Shown: piece by piece, positions 8,862 to 17,322 of the stretch
Position numbering within the stretch: the stretch's first letter is position 1
How the letters are laid out: the number at the start of each line of letters is the position of its first letter
Assembly: GCA_963750915.1 (NCBI GenBank)
Contig: CAVVSF010000008.1
Coordinates: 581,947-645,946, forward strand
Reading direction: 5' to 3'
Length of the DNA: 64,000 bases
DNA from: an uncultured Acidobacteriota bacterium
GTDB lineage: Bacteria; Acidobacteriota; Vicinamibacteria; Vicinamibacterales; 2-12-FULL-66-21
The notes under the pieces: generated by a model
The model's database searches: none
The model's input: the letters and a program-made list of their open reading frames with translations, nothing else
What the model was told of the DNA's origin: nothing
Program-made: the position numbers and the translations under genes

Positions 8862-10118
8862 ATGCAGTGGACGGCGCTGACGTTCGTCACCCTCCTGATG
8901 GCCGCCGTGGCGGCGCAATCGAGCGGCTGGCGAGCCGATCCAGCGATCGTCGCGCGACTCTCCAAGGGGCAGCCCGACACGCTCTATGACGAGGGACGTG
9001 TCCCCGCCTACACGCTTCCCGATCCGTTGAAGTCGGCCGGCGGCAGAACCGTCGCCTCCTCGAGCGACTGGCCGGCCCGCCGCCGCGAGATTCTCGACCT
9101 CTTTCGAGAACATGTTTACGGCCACTCGCCCGGCGCGCCCGACACCCTGAAGTTTCGCGAGTTCGAGGTCAAGACCGACGCCATGGATGGCGCCGCGACG
9201 CTGCGGCGAGTGGCCATCGACAGCATCGTCGCGCAGCGCACGCACACCTTCGAACTGACGATGTTCCTGCCGAACGCCGTCAAGCAGCCGGTGCCGGTCT
9301 TCCTCCTGATCAACAACCGGCCGGCCTCGAATACCGACCCGACGAGGAAGGAGAAGTCCGGCTTCTGGCCGGCGGAAGAGATGATCGCGCGCGGCTATGG
9401 CATTGCCGCGATTCAATACGGGCAGTTGGCGCCGGACGACAAGGCACGCTTCCGCGACGGCGCGATCGCGCTCTTCGAGGGCGGGTCGAGCGGGACGCGG
9501 CCGGCGCACGCCTGGGGAGCGATCGCGGCGTGGGCCTGGGGCGCCAGCCGGGCGATGGACTATCTCGTCACGGACAAGCGGATCGACTCGAAGCGCGTTG
9601 CCGTCGTCGGCCACTCCCGCGGCGGCAAGGCGGCACTCTGGGCGGGGGCCGAAGACGAACGGTTTGCGCTCGTGGTCTCGAACGAATCAGGCGAGGGCGG
9701 CGCGGCCCTGAGCCGGCGGATGTATGGCGAGACGATCGCGCGCATCACAGCGACCTTCCCGCACTGGTTCACCGAGCGCTACGCCGGCTACAGCGGCCGC
9801 GAGGCGGAGCTGCCGGTCGATCAGCACATGCTGCTGTCGTTGATCGCGCCGCGGCCGTTGTACGTCGCCAGCGCCAACGAGGACCTGTGGGCCGATCCGC
9901 GCGGCGAGTTCCTGTCGCTGGCGGCCTCGTCGCCGGTCTACGCGCTCTGGAAAGAGCCGGCGCTCGACCCGACGCAGATGCCGCCGCTCGACTCGCCGCT
10001 CGTCGTCGGTCGCCGCGCGTACCACGTCCGCACCGGCACCCACAACCTCACGCCCTACGACTGGACGCAGTTCGCCAACTTCGCGGACCGCGTTTGGACG
10101 CGATCAGGCGGAGACTGA
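8862..10118 (+). CDS. Carbohydrate esterase family 15-like (glucuronoyl esterase), secreted
   Basis: Starts at ATG 8862 (MQWTALTFVTLLMAAVAAQS signal). Contains VVGHSRGGKAALWAGAEDERFALVVSNESGEGGAAL (GxSRxGK nucleophile context) and a C-terminal RTGTHNLTPYDW. The upstream 145 aa of ORF 8427..10118 are read-through of the repeat element. Confidence 0.7.
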   Translation: MQWTALTFVTLLMAAVAAQSSGWRADPAIVARLSKGQPDTLYDEGRVPAYTLPDPLKSAGGRTVASSSDWPARRREILDLFREHVYGHSPGAPDTLKFREFEVKTDAMDGAATLRRVAIDSIVAQRTHTFELTMFLPNAVKQPVPVFLLINNRPASNTDPTRKEKSGFWPAEEMIARGYGIAAIQYGQLAPDDKARFRDGAIALFEGGSSGTRPAHAWGAIAAWAWGASRAMDYLVTDKRIDSKRVAVVGHSRGGKAALWAGAEDERFALVVSNESGEGGAALSRRMYGETIARITATFPHWFTERYAGYSGREAELPVDQHMLLSLIAPRPLYVASANEDLWADPRGEFLSLAASSPVYALWKEPALDPTQMPPLDSPLVVGRRAYHVRTGTHNLTPYDWTQFANFADRVWTRSGGD

Positions 10119-11387
10119 CGACAGTACCGTCGGCGGCGGGCGCAGCGGCGGCAGCGACAGAGGCAGATCGCCGACGAGGCGGCGGCGCGTCCCGGCGCGG
10201 CTGAGCACGATCTGGACGTCGCCGATGTGCCGCTCGGCGAACGCCGCTTCGCAATAGGCGAGATAGAGATCCCACATCCTGATGAAGCGTTCGTCGAAGC
10301 CCCGGGCTCGGACCTCACCGAGCCGGCGCAGGAACCGTTCCCGCCAGCAGTGCAGCGTCCGCGCATAGTGCGGACCGATCGGCTGGACGTGGTGCAGGTT
10401 GAGCCGGCTGACGCGGGCGAGCGAGGCCAGGATCTCGGCCACCGACGCGAGCTCGGCGCCGGGAAAGATCCGTTTCGAGATCCAGGTCGGGGCGCTGCGG
10501 TAGTCACGGAAGCGCCAGTCGTCGACGGTGATCGTCTGCAGCAGCATCGCGCCGCCGTCGTGCAGCAGCCGCTCGCAGGCGGCGAAGTAATCGTCGTAGT
10601 GATCCAGGCCGACCGCCTCGAACATCTCGATGCTGACGATCGCGTCATAGCGGCCGCGCAGGTCGCGATAATCCTCGAACCGGAGGTCGATGCGCCGGCC
10701 GGCGCTGCCGGCGCGCGCGAACAGGTCGCCGGCGTAGGCGTGCTGCTCCGCACTGATCGTCGTCGTCGTGACCCGGCAGCCGTAGCGGGTCGCGGCGAAG
10801 AGCGCGAAGCCGCCCCAGCCCGTGCCGATCTCGAGCACGTGGTCGCCGGGGCCGAGGCCGAGCTTGTCGCAGATCGCCCGCAGCTTGTTGACCTGCGCCG
10901 CCTCCAGCGAATCGGCCGGATCCTCGAAGAGCCCGCACGAGTACAACAGGTTGGCGTCGAGGAACAGCCGGAAGAATTCGTTGCCGAGATCGTAGTGGGC
11001 GTGGATGTTTCGGCGGCTGCCATCGCGCGTGTTGTCGCGCCCGCGATGCGCCAACGCCTCGAGTAACCGCGGCACGAATGTCAGGTAGGCGGGCAGCCCG
11101 GACAGCGCGTGCTGATTGGCCAGCATGAGGCGGACGAGGGCGACGAGGTCCGGGGTGGTCCAGTCGCCGTCCATGTAGCTGTCGCCGAGACCGATCTCGC
11201 CACCGAGCGCGGCACGGCGAAAGAACCGGCGGTTGGCGACACACAGCGTCGCCGACGGTTCGGCGCCGGCGCGACCGTAAGCGCGACGGCCGCCGGGCAG
11301 CTCGACGACGAGCTCGCCGACGCGGATCCGCTCGAGCGCCGACAGCACGGCGCGCTCGCACCAGCGTTCGACGGCCTGGTCGATCAT
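10104..11387 (-). CDS. Cyclopropane-fatty-acyl-phospholipid synthase family SAM-dependent methyltransferase
   Basis: From ATG 11387: MIDQAVERWCERAVLSALERI. Contains AHYDLGNEFFRLFLD, VLEIGTGWGGFALFAA and SIEMFEAVG, as in the CMAS family. Its ATG overlaps the upstream stop (ATGA). Confidence 0.9.
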   Translation of the reverse strand: MIDQAVERWCERAVLSALERIRVGELVVELPGGRRAYGRAGAEPSATLCVANRRFFRRAALGGEIGLGDSYMDGDWTTPDLVALVRLMLANQHALSGLPAYLTFVPRLLEALAHRGRDNTRDGSRRNIHAHYDLGNEFFRLFLDANLLYSCGLFEDPADSLEAAQVNKLRAICDKLGLGPGDHVLEIGTGWGGFALFAATRYGCRVTTTTISAEQHAYAGDLFARAGSAGRRIDLRFEDYRDLRGRYDAIVSIEMFEAVGLDHYDDYFAACERLLHDGGAMLLQTITVDDWRFRDYRSAPTWISKRIFPGAELASVAEILASLARVSRLNLHHVQPIGPHYARTLHCWRERFLRRLGEVRARGFDERFIRMWDLYLAYCEAAFAERHIGDVQIVLSRAGTRRRLVGDLPLSLPPLRPPPTVLSSVSA

Positions 11388-12145
11388 GATTGCGGCTCCT
11401 TCGCGAAAGGGACGACCGGCGCACCCTTCAACCAGAGCCGCAGCGCCTGCCAGTGAATCGCCGCGATCACTTGCGCGGTCATGACGGGAAACCGGCACAG
11501 GGCCCGGCGGATCTCGGGCGCGCTCCACGGACGGCGCTCGAGCGTCAGCGTGGCGTCGAACAGCTTGGCGCCGCCGCTTTCCGGCGCCACGTTCATGTGC
11601 GCGACCAGCGACGACTCCGGCGGTGTGAGAACGAACTCGTAGCCGACGTCGTGTGTCATGAACGGCGACACGTAGAGCGACTTCGCCGCCACCGCCCTGA
11701 ACCGGCGTGGAAATTCATCGGCCGGACGCAGCCAGTATTCACGCCGTCCGCCATAGGTGTTGCTGACGTCGGCGAGCACGAGCGTCAGCGCGCCATGCTG
11801 GTCGTAGCAGTAGTAGATCGAGATCGGATTGAACACGTAGCCGGCATACCGCAGGTGTGTCAGCAGATAGATCGGCCCGCCGGGAAGCGTGACTCCATGA
11901 CTGGACGCGCTCCGTCGCAGGCGCTCGCGCAGCCGCAGCGACGGATCCCCGATATGGTCGGCGTCGTGGAAGCTGGCCCAGTTGAACCGGTTGTAGCTGG
12001 TGAGCCTCGACACGGCCATCGCCTCGGGCAGGTGATCGAGGTCGAGCAGGGCCATGAAGATCGAGTAGCTGAACTCGTGACGCACCGGCGCCAGCCGTCG
12101 ATGCCGGAGCGACCCGACGTAGAGGCCGTGGCTGGCTCCCGTCAC
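11384..12145 (-). CDS. DUF1365 family protein
   Basis: GLYVGSLRHRRLAPVRHEFSYSIFMALLDLDHLPE is the DUF1365 signature. The GTG start at 12145 (or 12148) overlaps the stop of the upstream gene (GTGA). The long N-terminal extension in ORF 11384..12784 is spurious. Confidence 0.8.
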   Translation of the reverse strand: MTGASHGLYVGSLRHRRLAPVRHEFSYSIFMALLDLDHLPEAMAVSRLTSYNRFNWASFHDADHIGDPSLRLRERLRRSASSHGVTLPGGPIYLLTHLRYAGYVFNPISIYYCYDQHGALTLVLADVSNTYGGRREYWLRPADEFPRRFRAVAAKSLYVSPFMTHDVGYEFVLTPPESSLVAHMNVAPESGGAKLFDATLTLERRPWSAPEIRRALCRFPVMTAQVIAAIHWQALRLWLKGAPVVPFAKEPQS

Positions 12146-13392
12146 CACTCGACTCCAAGATCGCGGGCGACGCGAACCGCCGAGACCAGCCCATCCTCGT
12201 GGAAGCCGTAGCGCCAGTAGGCGCCGCAGAAATGCGTGTGCCGAACCCCGCTCACCTCGCGCCACCGCGACTGCGCCCGCACCGATTCGAGCGAGTATCG
12301 TGGATGGTGGTAGGTGTAGCGGCCGATCACGGCGTCCGGGGCGATTGCCTGGGCCGGATTCAGTGTGACGCAGTAGGTCGTCGGCCCCGGGATCCGCTGC
12401 AGCCGATTCAGATCGTAGGTGACGGTCGGCGCCGCATCCGCCTCCGCCCCGAGCCGGTAGTTCCAGGACGCGCGCGCCCGCGCCGCCGACGGCAGCAAGC
12501 TCGCGTCGGTGTGCAGCCAGACGTCGTTCGACGTCGTCGTGAACGGCGTGAGGACGTCGCGCTCGATGGCGCTGGCGTCGGCGAGGAGCGGCAGCACGCG
12601 ATTGCCGGCGCAGGCGAAGACCACCTCGTCGACCCGCTGCGGCGGCCGATCGGCGAAGGTCAGCGTCACGCCGGCGTCGTCGCGCAGGACCGAGCGCAGA
12701 TGCGCGCCGAGGTGGACGGCCTCGCCGAGCGGCGCGGTCAACCGCGGGATGTAGCTGTGGCTGCCGCCGCGGACGACACGCCATGTCGGGTGCGCGCCGA
12801 CCGCCAGCATGCCGTGGTTGTCCATGAACTGCACCAGGTTCCGCACCGGGAACCGATCGATCGAGGCGAGCGATGACGACCAGATCGCCGACGCCATCGG
12901 CGCGAGGTAGCGCGTGACGAACGCGTCACCGTAGCCCTCGGCGTGGAGATACTCCCCCACCGTCCAGTTCTCGGCGCCGGCGACGGCGAGGACCGCCGGC
13001 GCCCGGCGATTGAAGCGGAGGATGTCCCTCAGAAGGCCGTAGTGCCGCGCCGTCGTCAGGTTGCGTGCGCGCGCGAAGAAGCCACCGAGACCCCGGCTGC
13101 TGTACTCGAATCCCGACACCGGACAACTGACCGAGAAGGACATGTCTGAATCGAGCGTCTCGATGCCGATTTCCTGGAACAGCCGCACCAGGTTCGGGTA
13201 GGTCCGCTCGTTGTGGACCAGGAACCCGGTGTCGAGCGGAACGGGTCCGTCAGGGCCGTCGACGACGACGGTGTGCGTGTGGCCGCCGAGGCGCGGCGCC
13301 TGCTCGAAGAGCGAGACGCGATGGCGGCGGCTGAGCAGATATGCCGCCGCGAGCCCGGAGATGCCGCCGCCGATCACGGCCACGTGCTTCAC
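12142..13392 (-). CDS. NAD/FAD-binding amine-oxidase/phytoene-desaturase-like oxidoreductase
   Basis: From GTG 13392: VKHVAVIGGGISGLAAAYLLSRRHRVSLFEQAPRLGGHTHT (Rossmann GxGxxG...E). The start overlaps the desaturase stop (GTGA). Confidence 0.85.
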   Translation of the reverse strand: MKHVAVIGGGISGLAAAYLLSRRHRVSLFEQAPRLGGHTHTVVVDGPDGPVPLDTGFLVHNERTYPNLVRLFQEIGIETLDSDMSFSVSCPVSGFEYSSRGLGGFFARARNLTTARHYGLLRDILRFNRRAPAVLAVAGAENWTVGEYLHAEGYGDAFVTRYLAPMASAIWSSSLASIDRFPVRNLVQFMDNHGMLAVGAHPTWRVVRGGSHSYIPRLTAPLGEAVHLGAHLRSVLRDDAGVTLTFADRPPQRVDEVVFACAGNRVLPLLADASAIERDVLTPFTTTSNDVWLHTDASLLPSAARARASWNYRLGAEADAAPTVTYDLNRLQRIPGPTTYCVTLNPAQAIAPDAVIGRYTYHHPRYSLESVRAQSRWREVSGVRHTHFCGAYWRYGFHEDGLVSAVRVARDLGVEW

Positions 13393-14252
13393 GCCGCGCG
13401 CCGTCCTTCCCCGACGACGAACGGCCGCAGGTCGCGGACGAGGCCGGCGCGCTCGAGCAGGCGGAGCGCCGCGTAGGTGAGGTCGATCTCCCACCAGCGA
13501 TAACCCTGACGGCAGCTCGAACGGCAGTAGTGGTGGTTGTTGTGCCACCCTTCGCCGAACGTGACCAGCGCCAGGACGGGATTGTTGCGGCTGTCGTCAG
13601 CGGTCGCGAACGGTCGAGAGCCCCAGATGTGCGCGAGCGAGTTGATGGCGAACGTTGCGTGGTACAGCAGGACCGTGGCGACGAGGTACCCCCAGACGAA
13701 CGCTGCGAACCCGCCGAGCAGCCAGACCGCGGCCGCAAACGCCAGCGTCGGCACCGCGTGGTGACGATCCAGCCAGCGCAGCTCGGGAAACCTGGCGAAG
13801 TCCGCAACACGACGGTCGTCGTACGAGTCGTGCCGCGTCGACAGGATCCAGCCGACGTGCGACCACCAGAAGCCCTCGCGCGGCGAGTGGACGTCCCCCG
13901 GCCGGTCGGACTGCTGATGATGGTGGCGATGGTGAGCCGCCCACCACAGCACGCCTTTCTGGCCCGACGTCTGCGCCAGCAGGGCCATCGCCAGCTGCGC
14001 CGCCCGGCCCATCTTGTACGAGCGGTGACTGAAGTAGCGATGGTAGCCGGCGGTCACACCGAACATCCGCACGCCGTAGCTTCCGGAGAGCCACCAGATG
14101 AGGGATCGGTCGAATGGGACGACGATGGCGAGCGCCAGCGCCGCGACGTGCAGCGCGACGAACGGTACCAACACCAACGCGTTGCCTCGGCGATTCCGGC
14201 CCATGTCCGCATCTAACCGTACGACCTTGGCTCTTGTCAAACATCTGTCCAT
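13389..14252 (-). CDS. Membrane acyl-lipid/acyl-CoA fatty-acid desaturase (delta-9-type, three His boxes)
   Basis: His boxes HRYFSHRSY, HHRHHHQQSD and GEGWHNNHHY. Candidate starts are ATG 14252 or ATG 14204. The ORF-track start at 14441 is an extension across the divergent gene. Confidence 0.85.
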   Translation of the reverse strand: MDRCLTRAKVVRLDADMGRNRRGNALVLVPFVALHVAALALAIVVPFDRSLIWWLSGSYGVRMFGVTAGYHRYFSHRSYKMGRAAQLAMALLAQTSGQKGVLWWAAHHRHHHQQSDRPGDVHSPREGFWWSHVGWILSTRHDSYDDRRVADFARFPELRWLDRHHAVPTLAFAAAVWLLGGFAAFVWGYLVATVLLYHATFAINSLAHIWGSRPFATADDSRNNPVLALVTFGEGWHNNHHYCRSSCRQGYRWWEIDLTYAALRLLERAGLVRDLRPFVVGEGRRAA

Positions 14253-14267
14253 GACATACGCTTGACA
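14235..14267. promoter_or_regulatory. Nested palindrome TGTCAA-N5-TGTC-N3-GACA-N5-TTGACA between the two divergent lipid operons (candidate operator/promoter)
   Basis: tgtcaaacatctgtccatgacatacgcttgaca. The outer hexamers are reverse complements and TTGACA also matches the -35 consensus. It ends 1 nt before ATG 14269. Confidence 0.35.
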
Positions 14268-14268
14268 C

Positions 14269-14959
14269 ATGTCCGGGTCGCTACCGCCACTCGCCGTCGC
14301 CGTTATCGCCTGGGTCGTCGCGGCGACGATGATGGCCGGTCTCTGGGTCTGGCATCGCCGGCTCGGCAACGTCGGCGTCGTCGACGTCGGCTGGACGCTG
14401 CCGGTCGTGGCCGCGTCGTTCGTCTTCGCGCTCCTCGGCACGGGCAGCGTCCCGCGGCGATCGCTAATCGCCGCGATGGTGGCGATATGGGGACTGCGGC
14501 TGGCGACGTACCTGCTGCGAGATCGGGTCCTCGGTCGACCCGAGGATCCGCGCTACACCGACATGCGGGTCCGCGGCAGCTGGGCGGCCGGCGGCAACTT
14601 CTTCCCGTTCTTCCAGGCGCAGGCGCTGCTGGCCGTGTTCATGGCGCTGCCAGCGGCGCTGGCGTCGTTCAATCCCACTGCGGGCGTGGCGCTACTCGCG
14701 CCATCCCAACTACTTCTTCGAATGGGTGATCTGGATGGCCTTCGCGCTCTTTGCCAGTCGGTTGGGGTCAGACCATGGTCTGACCCCACTTGACTTCCTG
14801 CCGTGGCTGTGCCCCGCGCTGATGCTCTACTTGCTGTTTCGCGTCACCGGCATTCCGGCGACGGAGGCGCAGGCCGTGCGCAGCCGCGGTGACGACTACC
14901 GCCGCTATCAAGCCGTGACCAGCGCGTTCCTGCCCTGGTTGCCGCGGAGAACGCAATGA
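14269..14959 (+). pseudogene. DUF1295 (steroid-5-alpha-reductase-like membrane protein), reading frame disrupted
   Basis: The N-terminal part is in frame 1 (ORF 14269..14793). The C-terminal part is in frame 2 (RAWRYSRHPNYFFEWVIWMAFALF...VTGIPATEAQAVRSRGDDYRRYQAVTSAF, ending 14959; ORF 14726..14959). The switch is near 14650-14700, and the total span (691 nt) is shorter than I would expect for this family. Confidence 0.7.
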
Positions 14960-15987
14960 TCGATCAACTGCTCGACCGCGATCTCCTGCCTGATGCCGTG
15001 TTGCGCCTGAGCATCAGGCAGATCGTCGCCGGCCGCCTTCGCGATGAGGAGGCCGGCGGCCTTGAACAGCAGTCGGCTCGGCTGCAGGCCCTGCTCGCGC
15101 GCCTGCGCCAGGAACCGATTGCGGTCTCGACCGACACCGCCAACGCGCAGCATTACGAACTGCCGGTCGCGTTCTTCGAGCGCGTCCTCGGTCCGCGCCT
15201 CAAGTACAGCAGCGCCTGGTGGCCGACCGGCGTCGAGACGCTGGCCGAAGCGGAAGAACGAATGCTGGCGCTGACGACCGAGCGGGCCCGGATCGAAGAT
15301 GGCCACGAGATCCTCGAACTCGGGTGCGGATGGGGATCGCTGACGCTGCACCTCGCGGCCCGCTTTCCGGCGAGCCGCATCGTCGCCCTGTCCAACTCCG
15401 CCTCGCAGCGCCAATACATCGTCGCCGAGGCGCGGGCCGCCGGGCTCGGCAATATCGACGTCATCACCGCCGACATCAACCACTACACGACTCATCGTCG
15501 CTTCGACCGGATCGTCTCGGTCGAGATGCTCGAGCACGTGCGCAACCACGCCCGCCTCTTCTCCAGGCTCCGCCGCTGGCTGAAAGACGACGGGCGGTTC
15601 TTCGTTCACGTGTTCTCGCACCGTCAGTTCGCCTACCTGTTCGACGCCGATGGCGCCGCCGACTGGATGGCGCGGCACTTCTTCACCGGCGGAATGATGC
15701 CGAGCGACGACTTCTTCTTCCACCTGCAGCAGGATCTCACGGTCGACGAGCACTGGCGGATCGACGGCGGGCACTATCAGCGCACGGCGGAGGCGTGGCT
15801 GGCGAACTTCGACCGCAACCAGGCGGCGATCGAACGCATTCTCGCCGGCGTTTATGGCGAGGCCCAGGTCCGGCGCTGGCGGGTGCGCTGGCGCGTCTTC
15901 TTCATGGCCTGCGCCGAGATGTTCGGCTGCCGCCAGGGGAACGAATGGGGCGTCTCGCACTACATGTTCCGGAGGCGTGAACTGTGA
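14956..15987 (+). CDS. CFA-synthase (CMAS) family SAM-dependent methyltransferase, second copy
   Basis: 343 aa with QHYELPVAFFERVLGPRLKYSSAWW, ILELGCGWGSLTLHLA, VSVEMLEHV and GGHYQRTAEAWL. ATGA overlap with the preceding gene. Confidence 0.85.
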   Translation: MIDQLLDRDLLPDAVLRLSIRQIVAGRLRDEEAGGLEQQSARLQALLARLRQEPIAVSTDTANAQHYELPVAFFERVLGPRLKYSSAWWPTGVETLAEAEERMLALTTERARIEDGHEILELGCGWGSLTLHLAARFPASRIVALSNSASQRQYIVAEARAAGLGNIDVITADINHYTTHRRFDRIVSVEMLEHVRNHARLFSRLRRWLKDDGRFFVHVFSHRQFAYLFDADGAADWMARHFFTGGMMPSDDFFFHLQQDLTVDEHWRIDGGHYQRTAEAWLANFDRNQAAIERILAGVYGEAQVRRWRVRWRVFFMACAEMFGCRQGNEWGVSHYMFRRREL

Positions 15988-16382
15988 AAGCGATGCACTT
16001 CGTGGTGGCGTTGGCGGCGCTGGCGATTCTCGACGGGTTGTGGCTCGGGGTCGTCATGCGCGACTTCTACCGCCGCAGCCTGTCGCACCTGGCGCGGATG
16101 GCCGACGGCGGTCTCGATCCGATCTGGCCAATTGCCGCGCTGGTCTACCCGACGCTGGCGCTCGGCCTCGCGCTCTTCGTGCTGCCGCGCTCGCGCGAGC
16201 CCCTGGACGCGCTGTTCTACGGCGCGGCCTTCGGCGCGATCACCTTCGCGGTCTACGACCTCACCAATCATGCGACGCTGCGGGACTGGCACCCGACGAT
16301 GACCGTGGTCGATATAGCATGGGGCGCGTTCTCGTGCGGCGTGGCGTCCTGGGCCGCCGCGGCCGTGACGCGTTCGACCTAG
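15984..16382 (+). CDS. DUF2177-like small integral membrane protein
   Basis: 132 aa with four hydrophobic segments (ILDGLWLGVVMRDFY...; FAVYDLTNHATLRDW). GTGA overlap with the upstream methyltransferase. Confidence 0.6.
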   Translation: MKAMHFVVALAALAILDGLWLGVVMRDFYRRSLSHLARMADGGLDPIWPIAALVYPTLALGLALFVLPRSREPLDALFYGAAFGAITFAVYDLTNHATLRDWHPTMTVVDIAWGAFSCGVASWAAAAVTRST

Positions 16383-16385
16383 CCG

Positions 16386-17273
16386 ATGCCATCGTCATCG
16401 CCCCGCTATCCAATCCGGGCCGTCGCCCGCATGACCGGCCTCAGCGTCGACACGCTGCGGGCCTGGGAGCGCCGCTATGACGCGGTCAGGCCCGAACGCG
16501 ACGGCCGCGGCCGGTCCTATACCGATTCACACGTCGCGCGCCTCAAGCAGCTGGCGGCGCTCGTCGCGCGCGGTCACGCGATTGGTTCGATCGCCTCGCT
16601 GCCGGGCGCGGCCCTCAAGCGCCTGCTCGACGGCGGCGATCGTCACCACGAGGCCACCGACAGCGCCAGCCGCATCGACCCGTCGCCGATCATGGATGCG
16701 CTCGAGCACTACGATCTAGAGGCAATCGAGACCACGCTCAACCGCTACGCCGCGGTGCTGCCGCCGCCGGACCTCGTCTTCTCGGTGCTGCTGCCGCTGC
16801 TCGGTGAGATCGGCCGGCGGTGGGAAACGCACCTGCTGCGGCCGTCACACGAGCACATGGTGTCGGCGACCGTGCGCAGCGTTCTGGGCGGGCTCCTCCG
16901 CACCGTCGCCCGGCCCCAGGCTTCGCCCGTCATCGTATTCGCGACGCTCGCCGGCGAGCGCCACGAGCTCGGCCTGCTCTGCGCCGCACTCCTCGCCGCA
17001 CATGCCGGTTACGGCGTCGTGTACCTCGGCGCCGACGTACCCGCGGCCGACATCCTTCACGCCGCCGAGACGACCGCAGCCCGCGCCGTCATCATCGGCG
17101 CGACGACGCCGGGCGCGACGCCGATGCCGGCCCTGCGAGCGCTTCTCCAGCTCCCCGCCAGCATCGATCTGTGGATCGGTGGCGAAGCGTCCGCGGCGAT
17201 GCTCGCGGCGAGCCGGGGCCGCGCCCGCCACCTGGCCCGACTCGACGACGTCGTGCCAGCGTTGAAGGGTTAG
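16386..17273 (+). CDS. MerR-family regulator with cobalamin-binding domain (CarH/LitR-type B12 photoreceptor)
   Basis: The N-terminal segment YPIRAVARMTGLSVDTLRAWERRY is a MerR HTH. GRRWETHLLRPSHEH matches W-x9-E-H. FATLAGERHELGLL matches E-x-H-x-x-G. There is also a downstream IGG. Confidence 0.8.
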   Translation: MPSSSPRYPIRAVARMTGLSVDTLRAWERRYDAVRPERDGRGRSYTDSHVARLKQLAALVARGHAIGSIASLPGAALKRLLDGGDRHHEATDSASRIDPSPIMDALEHYDLEAIETTLNRYAAVLPPPDLVFSVLLPLLGEIGRRWETHLLRPSHEHMVSATVRSVLGGLLRTVARPQASPVIVFATLAGERHELGLLCAALLAAHAGYGVVYLGADVPAADILHAAETTAARAVIIGATTPGATPMPALRALLQLPASIDLWIGGEASAAMLAASRGRARHLARLDDVVPALKG

Positions 17274-17322
17274 GCCGGCTGAGCCAGAGCCCGACGACGA
17301 CGCGTCGGCCAAGAGGGGCACG

